Shown: in pieces, positions 37,409-46,564 of the stretch
How positions within the stretch are numbered: position 1 is the stretch's first letter
Layout: the number at the start of each line of letters is the position of its first letter
Source: Patescibacteria group bacterium
Lineage (GTDB): Bacteria; Patescibacteriota; Patescibacteriia; PEXW01
DNA length: 64,000 bases
Assembly: GCA_038063455.1 (NCBI GenBank)
Contig: JBBTVB010000001.1
Span: forward strand, 13,719 to 77,718
Reading direction: 5' to 3'
Made by a program: the position numbers and the translations under genes
The notes under the pieces: model-generated
What the model was told of the DNA's origin: nothing
The model's database searches: none
The model's input: the letters and a program-made list of their open reading frames with translations, nothing else

Positions 37409-37885
37409 ATGCACCCCTTAGGCCGTCGTTCAATTCGTTTGCAAGAGTATGACTACCGTTCTGATGGGGCGTATTTTGTTACCATATGTACATTTAATAG
37501 AAAACGGTCAATTACCGAATCGCGCAAACTATTACTCAAACATGAGCTCAAAGCCCTTGAAGTCAGGTTCCAAGGCCTCCACCTAGATTTTTACATATTC
37601 ATGGCTAATCATATTCACGTCATTTTTACATTTCGCAATGTAGCAACGGAATTATCAAAAGTTGTCCAAACATACAAATCTCGAACAACAATCGGTATAC
37701 GCAAGGGCGGGTATACTGCGCCGAAGTTCTGGCAAAGAAATTATTATGAGCGAGTTATCCGAAATCAAGAAGAGTTAAATGTGCTGCGTGAATATATCCG
37801 TCTTAATCCAGAGCAAGAACGTTTTGATTTTCAAGAAATTTTACGTCAGAAGGGTCGAGCAAGCTCGACCCCTACGGCACTATAA
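37409..37885 (+). mobile_element. REP-associated tyrosine transposase (RAYT; IS200/IS605 Y1 transposase-like)
   Basis: YDYRSDGAYFVTICT, the MANHIHVIF HUH motif, and KFWQRNYYERVIR with the catalytic Tyr region. AT-richer by eye. Flanked by GTAG hairpins. Confidence 0.85.
37852..37875 (-). repeat. REP element, inverted orientation, overlapping the RAYT 3' end
   Basis: Minus strand reads GTAGGGGTCGAGCTTGCTCGACCC. Confidence 0.65.
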
Positions 37886-37897
37886 ATATTGAGACCT

Positions 37898-37923
37898 GTA
37901 GGGGCAGAACTTGCCTCTGCCCC
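37898..37923 (+). repeat. REP element right of the RAYT gene
   Basis: GTAGGGGCAGAACTTGCCTCTGCCCC. Confidence 0.7.
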
Positions 37924-38012
37924 ATAATTTAAAATTCATGCTACTCCTTGACAGAGTTGCGTTTCGGTGATAGATTAGCCGGAAACATAAAACAACATTG
38001 CAGGAGGAGTAT

Positions 38013-38363
38013 ATGCCAAATGTCTTGGTGCAGTATAGGGTTACGGAGCATGGCACCCCATCATTGCTTTTGAAGGCCGATCTGGCAAGAATTGTTGCCA
38101 ACAGGCTGAATGTCGGGGAAGCTTCACCGATAAGCTGCGACGATGTTACTGTCGTGTTCCAAAAGTTCGGCTTCAATGACGTACATAAACGTGATGTGGT
38201 AATACAGGTAACTGCGCACGACTTCCCTGATCGTGTCCGGGAGCACAAGGCAATTACAGAAGCGATCGCTGACGACATTGTGCCGACGCTGAAAAATTTT
38301 AGCTTCGGAGTGATCGTCAACTTGACGCCGCTGGAGTGGGCCGCTCGCGAACCCAAAATGTAG
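38013..38363 (+). CDS. hypothetical 116-aa protein, possibly tautomerase superfamily (N-terminal Met-Pro)
   Basis: CAGGAGGAGTAT-ATG at 38013. MPNVLVQY... together with a MIF/CHMI-like length. Functional assignment is weak. Confidence 0.6.
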   Translation: MPNVLVQYRVTEHGTPSLLLKADLARIVANRLNVGEASPISCDDVTVVFQKFGFNDVHKRDVVIQVTAHDFPDRVREHKAITEAIADDIVPTLKNFSFGVIVNLTPLEWAAREPKM

Positions 38364-38384
38364 CCGACATCATTTTCCTCTTTT

Positions 38385-38414
38385 GAAAGCTCTCAACTCA
38401 ATGAGGGCTTTTTT
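38385..38414 (+). terminator. intrinsic terminator
   Basis: GAAAGCTCTC / GAGGGCTTTT stem followed by a T-run. Confidence 0.7.
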
Positions 38415-38470
38415 CATTCCTCTTGCCAATGAGGCTGCTTTATCGTAAAGTATATTTTGCACATACGGCT

Positions 38471-41400
38471 ATGAAGAAAAAGGCAGCGCAGCAAGAAAAG
38501 GCCGCGACGCAGGAACCGCAAATGCGCGCCGCCCCCGTGAACCACTCACAGAGTTCGGATTCACGGCAAACCCCCTTCCCCGCACTGGAGGAAGCGGTTT
38601 TGCAATTGTGGGAGCAGGAACAGGTATTTGCCAAAACCTTGGCGCAGACCAAAAACGGTCCGCGCTTTGTCTTTTACGAAGGTCCGCCCACGGCCAACGG
38701 CAAACCCGGCATCCACCACGTACTGGCGCGTGCGTATAAAGATGTGATTGTTCGCTACAAAACCATGCGCGGTTTTTACGTGGAGCGCAAAGCCGGCTGG
38801 GACACGCACGGCCTGCCCGTGGAGTTGCAGGTGGAGAAGGCCCTAAACATTTCGGGCAAGCAGCAAATTGAAGACATTGTCCCCGGTGACAAGCGCGCGA
38901 GCATTGAAAAATTCAACCAAGAGTGCAAAACCAGTGTCATGGCGTACCGGCAGGACTGGGAAGCGCTAACCCGCCGCATGGGCTACTGGCTCGATGTAGA
39001 CCACCCGTACATTACCTACGATGCAGGCTACATCGAGAGTGTGTGGTCGGTGTTGAAACAGGTGTGGGATAAAGGTCTCGTCTACAAAGGCCATAAAGTT
39101 GTCCCGCACTGCCCGCGCTGCGAGACGGCGCTGTCTTCACACGAAGTCGCGCAGGGCTATAAGAGCGTTATCGACACGTCGGTGTACGTAAAGTTTAAAG
39201 TGACGAACAGCAACGTGAAAGCTATTCAGAACCTTACGAGTAAAGGCGAAGACGTTTTCATCCTCTCCTGGACCACAACGCCGTGGACGCTGCCGGGCAA
39301 CGTCGCCTTGGCGATTGGTAAAAAAATTGCCTACCAACTGGTCAAAGCGGATGGCGCGTACTTGGTCGTTGCGAAAGAACGCCTGCACGTCGTGGGCGAA
39401 GATGCCAAAGTGCTGGAAGACTTGAAAGGCGAGCAACTCATTGGGACGACGTACGAGCCACTGTTTGCAGGCGCGGTAGAGCGAGGCAATGCACAAACTG
39501 CCTGGACGGTGTTGGACGCTGCTTTTGTAAACACAACCGATGGTACCGGCGTGGTGCACACCGCAGTGATGTATGGCGAAGACGACTACCAACTCGGAGC
39601 CACGGCGGGTTTGCCGAAGCAGCACACCGTGGATACGACGGGAAAATTTTTACCCTCGGTTCCCAAATGGGCCGGGAAGTTTGTGAAGAGCAAAACCGTT
39701 GAAACCGAAATTATTACCGACCTTAAAGAACGTGGCTTGCTTTTTAAAGTGGAAGCATACACGCACGACTACCCGTTCTGCTGGCGGTGCAGCACGCCGC
39801 TGCTCTACTACGCTAAGGATAGCTGGTTTATTAAGATGTCGGCCGTGCGGGACCAGCTCATAAAAAATAACCAGACCATCAATTGGGTGCCGGCGCACTT
39901 GCGTGACGGCCGCTTCGGCGAATGGCTGAAAGACGTGAAAGACTGGGCCATCTCCCGCGAGCGTTACTGGGGCACGCCGCTGCCGATCTGGGAGTGCGAG
40001 CAGTGCCAGGCGCAGAAAATGGTGGGGAGCTTTGCTGAGCTGAACCTCCAAGAAACTGGCGTTGAAGTTATGATTATGCGGCACGGTTTTTCGAAGAAGA
40101 ATGAGCCGTCTATTATTCAAGGGAACCTTGAAGAAAGCGAGGCATGGGGGTTAACCGCAGCAGGGCAGGCCGAGGTACAAAAAACCGCAGTCAAACTGGT
40201 TGGCAAGGTTGACGTTATTGTGGCATCAGATTTTGGTCGTACGCGCGAGACCGCCGCCATAGTCCAAAAAGCAACTGGCGCCTCGGTCCACTATGATGCT
40301 GACTTGCGGGAAATTTACACTCCGGCTTGGGAAGGCCAGCTGGTTGACGAAGTGCTGCGTACGGTACCCGAACCTATACCGCTCAATTACCGTATGGGTG
40401 CGGGCGAAACGTACTACGCTCTCCGCGAACGCATGCAACGTGCAGTGCAGCGCGCTATTCGCCAGCACCCAGGCAAGCGCATTGTGTTTGTTTCGCACGG
40501 CGACCCGTTGTGGATCCTCAAGTGGTCATACTCGGACGTACCAGAAAACACGTATCACGAAACGGCATACCCGAAGAAAGGCGAAGTGGAGACCCTCCAC
40601 GTTCCCGTGCAATTCGATCCCCACCGGCCATACGTTGATGACCTAACGCTGGTGTGTGAAAAATGCCAAGGCACCATGCGCCGGGTGCCCGAAGTACTGG
40701 ATGTGTGGTTTGACTCGGGGGCTGTGCCCTATGCCCAGTGGCACTATCCATTTGAACAGCTGGCGCGCGTGGATGAAGGCACGAACTTCCCAGCAGATTA
40801 CATTGCTGAAGCTATTGACCAGACCCGCGGGTGGTTTTACACCCTACTCGCCATTTCCACGTTGCTTGGCAAAGGCGCGCCCTACAAGAACGTCATTTCG
40901 CTGGCGCACATTTTGGATGCCAAAGGCCAGAAAATGAGTAAGTCGAAAGGTAATGTGGTAGAGCCAAACGCCGTCATGAATACATATGGAGCTGATGCAT
41001 TACGACTCCATCTTTTTGGTATGAACCAGGCGGGGGATAATAAGCTTTTCGACGTGCGCGACGTGGATGGCGTAGTAAAGAAAACCTTGTTGATTTTTTG
41101 GAATGTGGTGACGTTTTATATAACGTACGTTGTAGAAGCTGCGCAAGATCCTTCGTCCCGCCGCGGCGGGACTCAGGATGACAATGGGAGTAAACCCGAG
41201 CACGTTATGGACCGGTGGATTTTGGCGCGGCTGGCGCAGGTAACCAAGCTGGTAGCCGACAAGTTGGATGCCTACGATCCAACTACAGCCGTGCGCGGGC
41301 TGCAGGAGTTTATAACCGAGCTTTCCACGTGGTATTTGCGCCGTAGCCGCGACCGGTTGCGCACCAAGGGCGGGGAAGAAACTGGCGCTATCCTTGGTCA

Positions 41401-42067
41401 GGTTATTCAACACACCGCTATGCTCTTGGCGCCCTTTACTCCGTTCATTGCGGATACAGTGTATGGTGAATTACGGGCAGAAAGTGATCCAGTGAGCGTC
41501 CATTTAGCAAGCTGGCCAAAAGCCGTGGTTTCGAGCCAGAAACTTTTGGAATCGATGCAGATGTTGCGCGACGCTGTGGAGTTAGGTCACGCCATTCGGA
41601 AAGATGGCAACCTCAAGCTTCGTCAACCGCTTGCTTGCGTCTTTGTGAACTATGAAATGTCGGCGGAACTGCAGAGCGTGTTGAAAGAAGAGCTCAATGT
41701 TGAAAGCTGCAAAGTTGGCAAGGCTGTTCCTGCTGGAACGTCGTGGCTGCAAAAAGGCAAGGGTGCGTTGCTAGTGGCTATGGATACAGCAATGACCGAT
41801 GACCTGAAGCACAAAGGCCTTGTGCGCGAACTTGCCCGCCACATTAACGATTTACGCAAAGTCGCTGGCCTCACCGTGAAAGATTTGGTGGATGTCGAAT
41901 GGATGACCGACGACCAAACCTTGCAGCATGCCTTTACCGAGCACACCGCTGAACTGCGTGACCTTACTCGCACCCGTGGTATAAAAGCGTCGACGGTGAC
42001 AAACGTCACACACAAGAAAGAACTCGTCATGGGTGGGGCACGCGTGACTATTGGGATTAGCGCATAA
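38471..42067 (+). CDS. ileS: isoleucine--tRNA ligase with an inserted histidine-phosphatase (PGAM-like) domain
   Basis: PPTANGKPGIHH (HIGH), KMSKSKG, and CP1 editing blocks. Codons 40061-40612 encode RHG...GRTRETA...SHGD between the CxxC knuckle and FDPHRPYVD. Start is ATG 38471 or 38522. Confidence 0.92.
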   Translation: MKKKAAQQEKAATQEPQMRAAPVNHSQSSDSRQTPFPALEEAVLQLWEQEQVFAKTLAQTKNGPRFVFYEGPPTANGKPGIHHVLARAYKDVIVRYKTMRGFYVERKAGWDTHGLPVELQVEKALNISGKQQIEDIVPGDKRASIEKFNQECKTSVMAYRQDWEALTRRMGYWLDVDHPYITYDAGYIESVWSVLKQVWDKGLVYKGHKVVPHCPRCETALSSHEVAQGYKSVIDTSVYVKFKVTNSNVKAIQNLTSKGEDVFILSWTTTPWTLPGNVALAIGKKIAYQLVKADGAYLVVAKERLHVVGEDAKVLEDLKGEQLIGTTYEPLFAGAVERGNAQTAWTVLDAAFVNTTDGTGVVHTAVMYGEDDYQLGATAGLPKQHTVDTTGKFLPSVPKWAGKFVKSKTVETEIITDLKERGLLFKVEAYTHDYPFCWRCSTPLLYYAKDSWFIKMSAVRDQLIKNNQTINWVPAHLRDGRFGEWLKDVKDWAISRERYWGTPLPIWECEQCQAQKMVGSFAELNLQETGVEVMIMRHGFSKKNEPSIIQGNLEESEAWGLTAAGQAEVQKTAVKLVGKVDVIVASDFGRTRETAAIVQKATGASVHYDADLREIYTPAWEGQLVDEVLRTVPEPIPLNYRMGAGETYYALRERMQRAVQRAIRQHPGKRIVFVSHGDPLWILKWSYSDVPENTYHETAYPKKGEVETLHVPVQFDPHRPYVDDLTLVCEKCQGTMRRVPEVLDVWFDSGAVPYAQWHYPFEQLARVDEGTNFPADYIAEAIDQTRGWFYTLLAISTLLGKGAPYKNVISLAHILDAKGQKMSKSKGNVVEPNAVMNTYGADALRLHLFGMNQAGDNKLFDVRDVDGVVKKTLLIFWNVVTFYITYVVEAAQDPSSRRGGTQDDNGSKPEHVMDRWILARLAQVTKLVADKLDAYDPTTAVRGLQEFITELSTWYLRRSRDRLRTKGGEETGAILGQVIQHTAMLLAPFTPFIADTVYGELRAESDPVSVHLASWPKAVVSSQKLLESMQMLRDAVELGHAIRKDGNLKLRQPLACVFVNYEMSAELQSVLKEELNVESCKVGKAVPAGTSWLQKGKGALLVAMDTAMTDDLKHKGLVRELARHINDLRKVAGLTVKDLVDVEWMTDDQTLQHAFTEHTAELRDLTRTRGIKASTVTNVTHKKELVMGGARVTIGISA

Positions 42068-42089
42068 CTTAGTTAAAAGTATTTTTGTC

Positions 42090-42623
42090 ATGATACATTC
42101 GCCAACACCCGTTGATGAAATACTTGATCTTGTTGATAGCAATGACATTGTAGTAGGACAAAAAACACGCTCGGAAGTCTATGAACAAGAGTTAAGTAAT
42201 TTTCGAGTCATCAACGTGTTTGTAGTCAATGACCGTGGAGAATTATGGATTCCTCGACGTACTGCGCAGAAACGAATTTTTCCACTGCACCTCGATGTCA
42301 GCGTAGGCGGACATGTCGAAAGCGGAGAAAACTATGAAGATGCATTTCATCGCGAAGTGTTAGAAGAAATAAATATTGATACGAGAATTACTCCCTATAA
42401 GCTATTGGGGAAGCTCACACCTACGGACGGTATTTCAGCGTTCATGCAAGTGTATGAGATTAAAAAAAATTCAGCACCCCGGTATAATCAAGAAGACTTT
42501 ATAGAATACTTCTGGTTGAAACCACAGGCTCTTATGCAGAAAATTGCAAAAGGGGAAAAAGTAAAAAGCGATTTACCGAAACTTATCCAGATGTTTTACC
42601 CACCACAGCATGAGCTTGCTTGA
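42090..42623 (+). CDS. NUDIX hydrolase (IDI-like subfamily)
   Basis: Nudix box GGHVESGENYEDAFHREVLEEINI. Markedly AT-rich by eye. Overlaps the recO start by 14 nt. Confidence 0.8.
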   Translation: MIHSPTPVDEILDLVDSNDIVVGQKTRSEVYEQELSNFRVINVFVVNDRGELWIPRRTAQKRIFPLHLDVSVGGHVESGENYEDAFHREVLEEINIDTRITPYKLLGKLTPTDGISAFMQVYEIKKNSAPRYNQEDFIEYFWLKPQALMQKIAKGEKVKSDLPKLIQMFYPPQHELA

Positions 42624-43389
42624 CGTTTCCGGCGTCGTGCTCAACCGCCGTGACGTACGCGAGGACAGTCGCTTGTATAGCGTCTACACCCACGAACGCG
42701 GCAAGGTAGAAGTTTTTGGCCGTGGCATTCGCAAGGGGAGCGCAAAGCTCGGCGGTCACTTGGAACCTGGTGCAACTGTCCGGCTCACACTTGCCCAAGG
42801 CAAGAGCGGGGAGACCATTACGGCGGTCGAGCGCGATCACTATCCTGCTGCCACGATGCAAAGCCTGCCGCGGTTGGCGAGTTTAGGTTTTGTACTCGGC
42901 CTTGTTGATGCGCTTACTAAAGCAGATTCGCCCGACCCAGCGCTAGCCACTTTTTTGCAAGAAGCGGTTGGCATTATCGAAACCTTTGATGAGCCTAGTA
43001 ACCACTTTGCGCGCTTTCGCATGTGGTTTGCTTGGCACGTGCTTGGCCTAACAGGCGTGGGTCCAGAGTTGGACCGGTGCGTGCAGTGTCGGCGGGAGTT
43101 GCCAGAAGCTAAAGTACGCTTTAGCGCATTGCTGGGCGGCTGGCTGGGACCAGAGTGTAGCGATAAAGATGTTGATGCCATTGCCGTCACCGCTGACGTA
43201 CGGGATTGCGTGCGCGTGTTGGTACGCAGCAATTGGACAGAAGCTTTTGCGTACGGTGCGCCAATTAGCGTGGAGCAGACTGTTGCAAAGCTGACGCGCG
43301 CAGCTTTGGACCATGCCCTAGAGCGTCGCCTGCCCGCCGAACGCTTCGTCGCCTTTGTCCGTTCGCTGTCGGTGCCGTATACTGCCTAG
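42610..43389 (+). CDS. recO: DNA repair protein RecO
   Basis: N-terminal OB fold (VVLNRRDVREDSRLYSVYTHERGKVEVFGRG) and a CVQC...C zinc motif. Confidence 0.88.
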   Translation: MSLLDVSGVVLNRRDVREDSRLYSVYTHERGKVEVFGRGIRKGSAKLGGHLEPGATVRLTLAQGKSGETITAVERDHYPAATMQSLPRLASLGFVLGLVDALTKADSPDPALATFLQEAVGIIETFDEPSNHFARFRMWFAWHVLGLTGVGPELDRCVQCRRELPEAKVRFSALLGGWLGPECSDKDVDAIAVTADVRDCVRVLVRSNWTEAFAYGAPISVEQTVAKLTRAALDHALERRLPAERFVAFVRSLSVPYTA

Positions 43390-43393
43390 CGAT

Positions 43394-45436
43394 ATGCCCA
43401 AAGCAAAAGTCCCAAACGAAAAAGTGAGCAAAATTCCTGTCCGCCGTACCAAACCCAAGGCAGACCCAGAGGCGGAGCGGGATGCAATCGTGCTGGAGGA
43501 ATTGCCAGCCATGGATGCGGCCAAAGACACGCGGGACACGGAAGCCTCGGTCGGCATGACCAAGCTCGACCGGGCCAAGCGGGAAAATGTGCTGGAAGAA
43601 ATTTATCACCCAGATGAACCCACGGCTGGCAATGGCTCGAACGTTCAAAAAATCGACCAGCAAAAACGCCGGTCACGGAAGTTGCTCATTAGCTTTATCG
43701 TGCTGGGCGTGCTGGCCGCCGCTGCCGCGGCTGGCTACGTGGTGTTTAGCCACGGCAGCAAGTTCAGCGAGCGCGTCACGCTGTCGGTTAACGCGCCGGC
43801 CGACGTGGCGGCAGGTGACCAAATAACCTTGAGCATTGCCATCAAGAACGAAGAGCGCACGGCCCTGCGGAATGCCGAGCTCACCTTTAACGCGCCCGAA
43901 GGTTTTACCTTCCAGTCCAGCACGCCTGCCGCCTCGAACGAGTTTAACAACGCCTGGTCGCTGGGCACGCTCAAAGATAATGCCGGCACCACCGTGACTA
44001 TCACTGGGCGGCTACTGGGCAACCAGGGTGAGGAAAAGCAGTTTAGCTTCACGCTCGGCTACCGGCCGGCAGACTTTAACTACGACTTCCAGAAAACCAC
44101 CGAAACCAAAGTGCGCATTAGCAGCTCGGTGTTGCGGCTAACCCCCGAAGTGCCCCTGCGACTTATCCCGAGCGCGCCCACAGAAATTCCCATCGCCATT
44201 GAGAATACCAGTGCCGAACCGCTCACGGATATTACCCTGGTCGCGGAGTACCCCGAAGCTTTTACCTTTACCAAAGCCGACCCCAAGCCCTCCGAAAAAA
44301 ATACTATTTGGAATGTACCCGATATCCCGGCGAATGGAAAAGTAAAAGTAACACTTACCGGCACGTTTGCAGGCAAGCCCGGGGATACGCCAGAATTTAA
44401 ATTCCGCGCGGGCAAAACCTTGAACCAAGGCTTCGACGTGCAGGCCGAGGCCAATGGCATTGGCACGCTGGTGCAAGCCGGCATGACGCTGACCACCAAG
44501 ATTACCAACCCAGGCAGCGGCGCGGCCGTGGGCTGGGGTGACACGCTCAACTACGTCGTCAGTTATAAAAACAACAGCGACGGCGACATGCAAGATGCCA
44601 GCGTGACGCTGGAATTTGCCCAGAAGAATGCGGGCGGCAAAGACGTGCGGATTCTGGACCTGGATAACCGGTCGGGGAGTGCGAGTAGCAAACTTGATGG
44701 CCGCACGCTGACCTGGACCAAGCAGGACATTCCTGCCTTGGCACTGGTGAAGGCGAACACGGGCGGCGACATTCTGCTGCGGGTTGCCGTGGTGTCTGGC
44801 CCGGAGATAAAGGGCCAAGATGATCGCAACTTTACTATTACCACCGCCTCACGTGTGGCAGTGGGCAAGATAGAGGGCGTGGAAGGCAAGAATTTCGAAA
44901 CGCAAGCGGACCAGATTGTTACCAAGGTTACTAGCAAGCTCAACGTGGAGTCGGAAGGCCGCTTCTACAATGACGAACAGCTACCAGTGGGTATGGGCGC
45001 GTTGCCGCCGCAAGTCGGTCAAACCACCACGTACCAGCTCATTTGGTCGCTCACCAACCCAACGAATGAGGTAACCCAAGTGGTTGTCTCGGCGACCCTG
45101 CCAGACAATGTGATCTGGACCGGAACGCAGGCGGTAACTGCTGGGCAAGCGGTGGCGTTTGATGCGGTGACGCGAGAAATAACGTGGCGCGTGAACCGCG
45201 TGCCGCCCGGTACCGGCAGCTTGTTCCCCAGCCTGGAAGCAACGTTCAAAGTGTCCATCACACCTGTTACCACCGACCTGGGCCAGCTGATGCTGCTGCT
45301 CAACAGAACCGTGGTCACGGCACGGGACGAATTCACGGCCAAAGATATTCGCTTGGAAAAAGCCATTGTGACTACCGACCTCACCACCGACGTCGCCGCG
45401 CAGGGCAAGGGCTTGGTGGTTGCGGCACAGCCGTAG
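43394..45436 (+). CDS. membrane-anchored surface protein with DUF11/CARDB-like beta-sandwich repeats
   Basis: Charged N-terminus, one TM helix, then repeats of the LNYVVSYKNNSDGDMQDASVTLEF type. Confidence 0.75.
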   Translation: MPKAKVPNEKVSKIPVRRTKPKADPEAERDAIVLEELPAMDAAKDTRDTEASVGMTKLDRAKRENVLEEIYHPDEPTAGNGSNVQKIDQQKRRSRKLLISFIVLGVLAAAAAAGYVVFSHGSKFSERVTLSVNAPADVAAGDQITLSIAIKNEERTALRNAELTFNAPEGFTFQSSTPAASNEFNNAWSLGTLKDNAGTTVTITGRLLGNQGEEKQFSFTLGYRPADFNYDFQKTTETKVRISSSVLRLTPEVPLRLIPSAPTEIPIAIENTSAEPLTDITLVAEYPEAFTFTKADPKPSEKNTIWNVPDIPANGKVKVTLTGTFAGKPGDTPEFKFRAGKTLNQGFDVQAEANGIGTLVQAGMTLTTKITNPGSGAAVGWGDTLNYVVSYKNNSDGDMQDASVTLEFAQKNAGGKDVRILDLDNRSGSASSKLDGRTLTWTKQDIPALALVKANTGGDILLRVAVVSGPEIKGQDDRNFTITTASRVAVGKIEGVEGKNFETQADQIVTKVTSKLNVESEGRFYNDEQLPVGMGALPPQVGQTTTYQLIWSLTNPTNEVTQVVVSATLPDNVIWTGTQAVTAGQAVAFDAVTREITWRVNRVPPGTGSLFPSLEATFKVSITPVTTDLGQLMLLLNRTVVTARDEFTAKDIRLEKAIVTTDLTTDVAAQGKGLVVAAQP

Positions 45437-45561
45437 GGAGAAGCCATGAAGCGCGTAGGCGGGAATCCCTATTCCCGCCGAGGTTGGGGAACCTCGGCTA
45501 CGCGTAAAAAAATCCGAGTGCACGCTCTCCAGCGTGCGCTCATGTTTACGTTAACTATTGA

Positions 45562-45627
45562 CCCAGCACCACTTTTGTAACTCAAAAGTGGTGCTGGGTT
45601 GACATTTTCCCGATACCGCGCTATAGT
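45562..45627 (+). promoter_or_regulatory. perfect 15-bp inverted repeat abutting a consensus-like promoter (TTGACA-17-TATAGT)
   Basis: CCCAGCACCACTTTT-gtaactc-AAAAGTGGTGCTGGG (45562-45598) is followed directly by TTGACA (45599-45604) and TATAGT (45622-45627). Confidence 0.6.
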
Positions 45628-45719
45628 AATCTGTAAATTTCTTTGAAAAACGTGGGCACTAACGCCCACCACTGTGGTTCCGACAGCATTCGGACAAAAC
45701 GAAGATAAAGGAGCTGATC

Positions 45720-46301
45720 ATGGCTAGTACCAAGATCGGGGACACGCGGGAGCAAGAAACTCTGCGCGTGATTGCGGACATTACCATCAAGTTGGCCAAC
45801 GGGTCACTCACTCTCGAATCGGCAAAACGGTTTGCAAAGAAGGAAAGTCCCTTTACCATGCCGCAGAAGCTGTCTGTCGACGGCAGCGAACCACGCTTTC
45901 AGAGTATCTCGAAAGACGCGTACTACTACGTGAACCCGAATTTGAAAATCGAGCACTTCCCGCTAACGAATCCGGCGGTTCGCGACGTGGAGTACGAAAT
46001 TGTCGAATTTAACCATGACCCGACGACGCAGGAAATTCTGGACGCTTGCGAGACGGGTACCCTGCGCCGACCCGAACGCGACGAAGCTGAAATCTACTTT
46101 GACAATGTTCCAGACTCCAGAGACCAGCTGGGCAAATCACCGATTGTTGCTTTGTGCGGCTCTCTCCTAGAGCTCGAGGGCTACCGGTGCGTCGCGTACG
46201 CTGAGCTCAACGACTTCGGTCGCAACCTGGGCCTCCGCGGCTTCGGCGATCGCTGGTTCGGGCAGTGCCGTTTCCTCGCCGTCCGCAAGTTTGCACTTTG
46301 A
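45720..46301 (+). CDS. hypothetical protein, 'RFLAVR-tail' family (193 aa)
   Basis: AAAGGAG RBS. C-terminus PIVALCGSLLELEGYRCVAYAELNDFGRNLGLRGFGDRWFGQCRFLAVRKFAL. Terminator at 46348-46382. Confidence 0.75.
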   Translation: MASTKIGDTREQETLRVIADITIKLANGSLTLESAKRFAKKESPFTMPQKLSVDGSEPRFQSISKDAYYYVNPNLKIEHFPLTNPAVRDVEYEIVEFNHDPTTQEILDACETGTLRRPERDEAEIYFDNVPDSRDQLGKSPIVALCGSLLELEGYRCVAYAELNDFGRNLGLRGFGDRWFGQCRFLAVRKFAL

Positions 46302-46347
46302 GACTTGGACACTTCGCTCTTTTGGACCCTTAGTCCCTTAGCGTTTT

Positions 46348-46382
46348 CCCCCACACCAATACGTTGGTGTGGGGGAATTTTT
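46348..46382 (+). terminator. intrinsic terminator, followed by a TGcTATACT promoter (46389-46397)
   Basis: CCCCCACACCAA / TTGGTGTGGGGG 12-bp stem followed by AATTTTT. Confidence 0.8.
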
Positions 46383-46564
46383 ATATTTTGCTATACTCCC
46401 AAACGGACAGTAGGCGAATCTGCCCGCGACTACGGTTTCGGGCGGCCGAACTCTAGGACGCAGGATCTGGCCAGAATGCCGTCGGGCATGCCTTACGGCA
46501 GCGCGCCCCCGCGATTCCTCTACAACCGTAAAGGTACTTGGTGCAGAGTGCTGGCGGGTTACCC

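Noticed and set aside
46470-46500. TPP-riboswitch-like stretch AGGATCTGGCCAGAATGCCGTCG.
   Set aside because: The CTGAGA element and the pairing partners of the TPP aptamer are absent. The downstream gene has no thiamine link.
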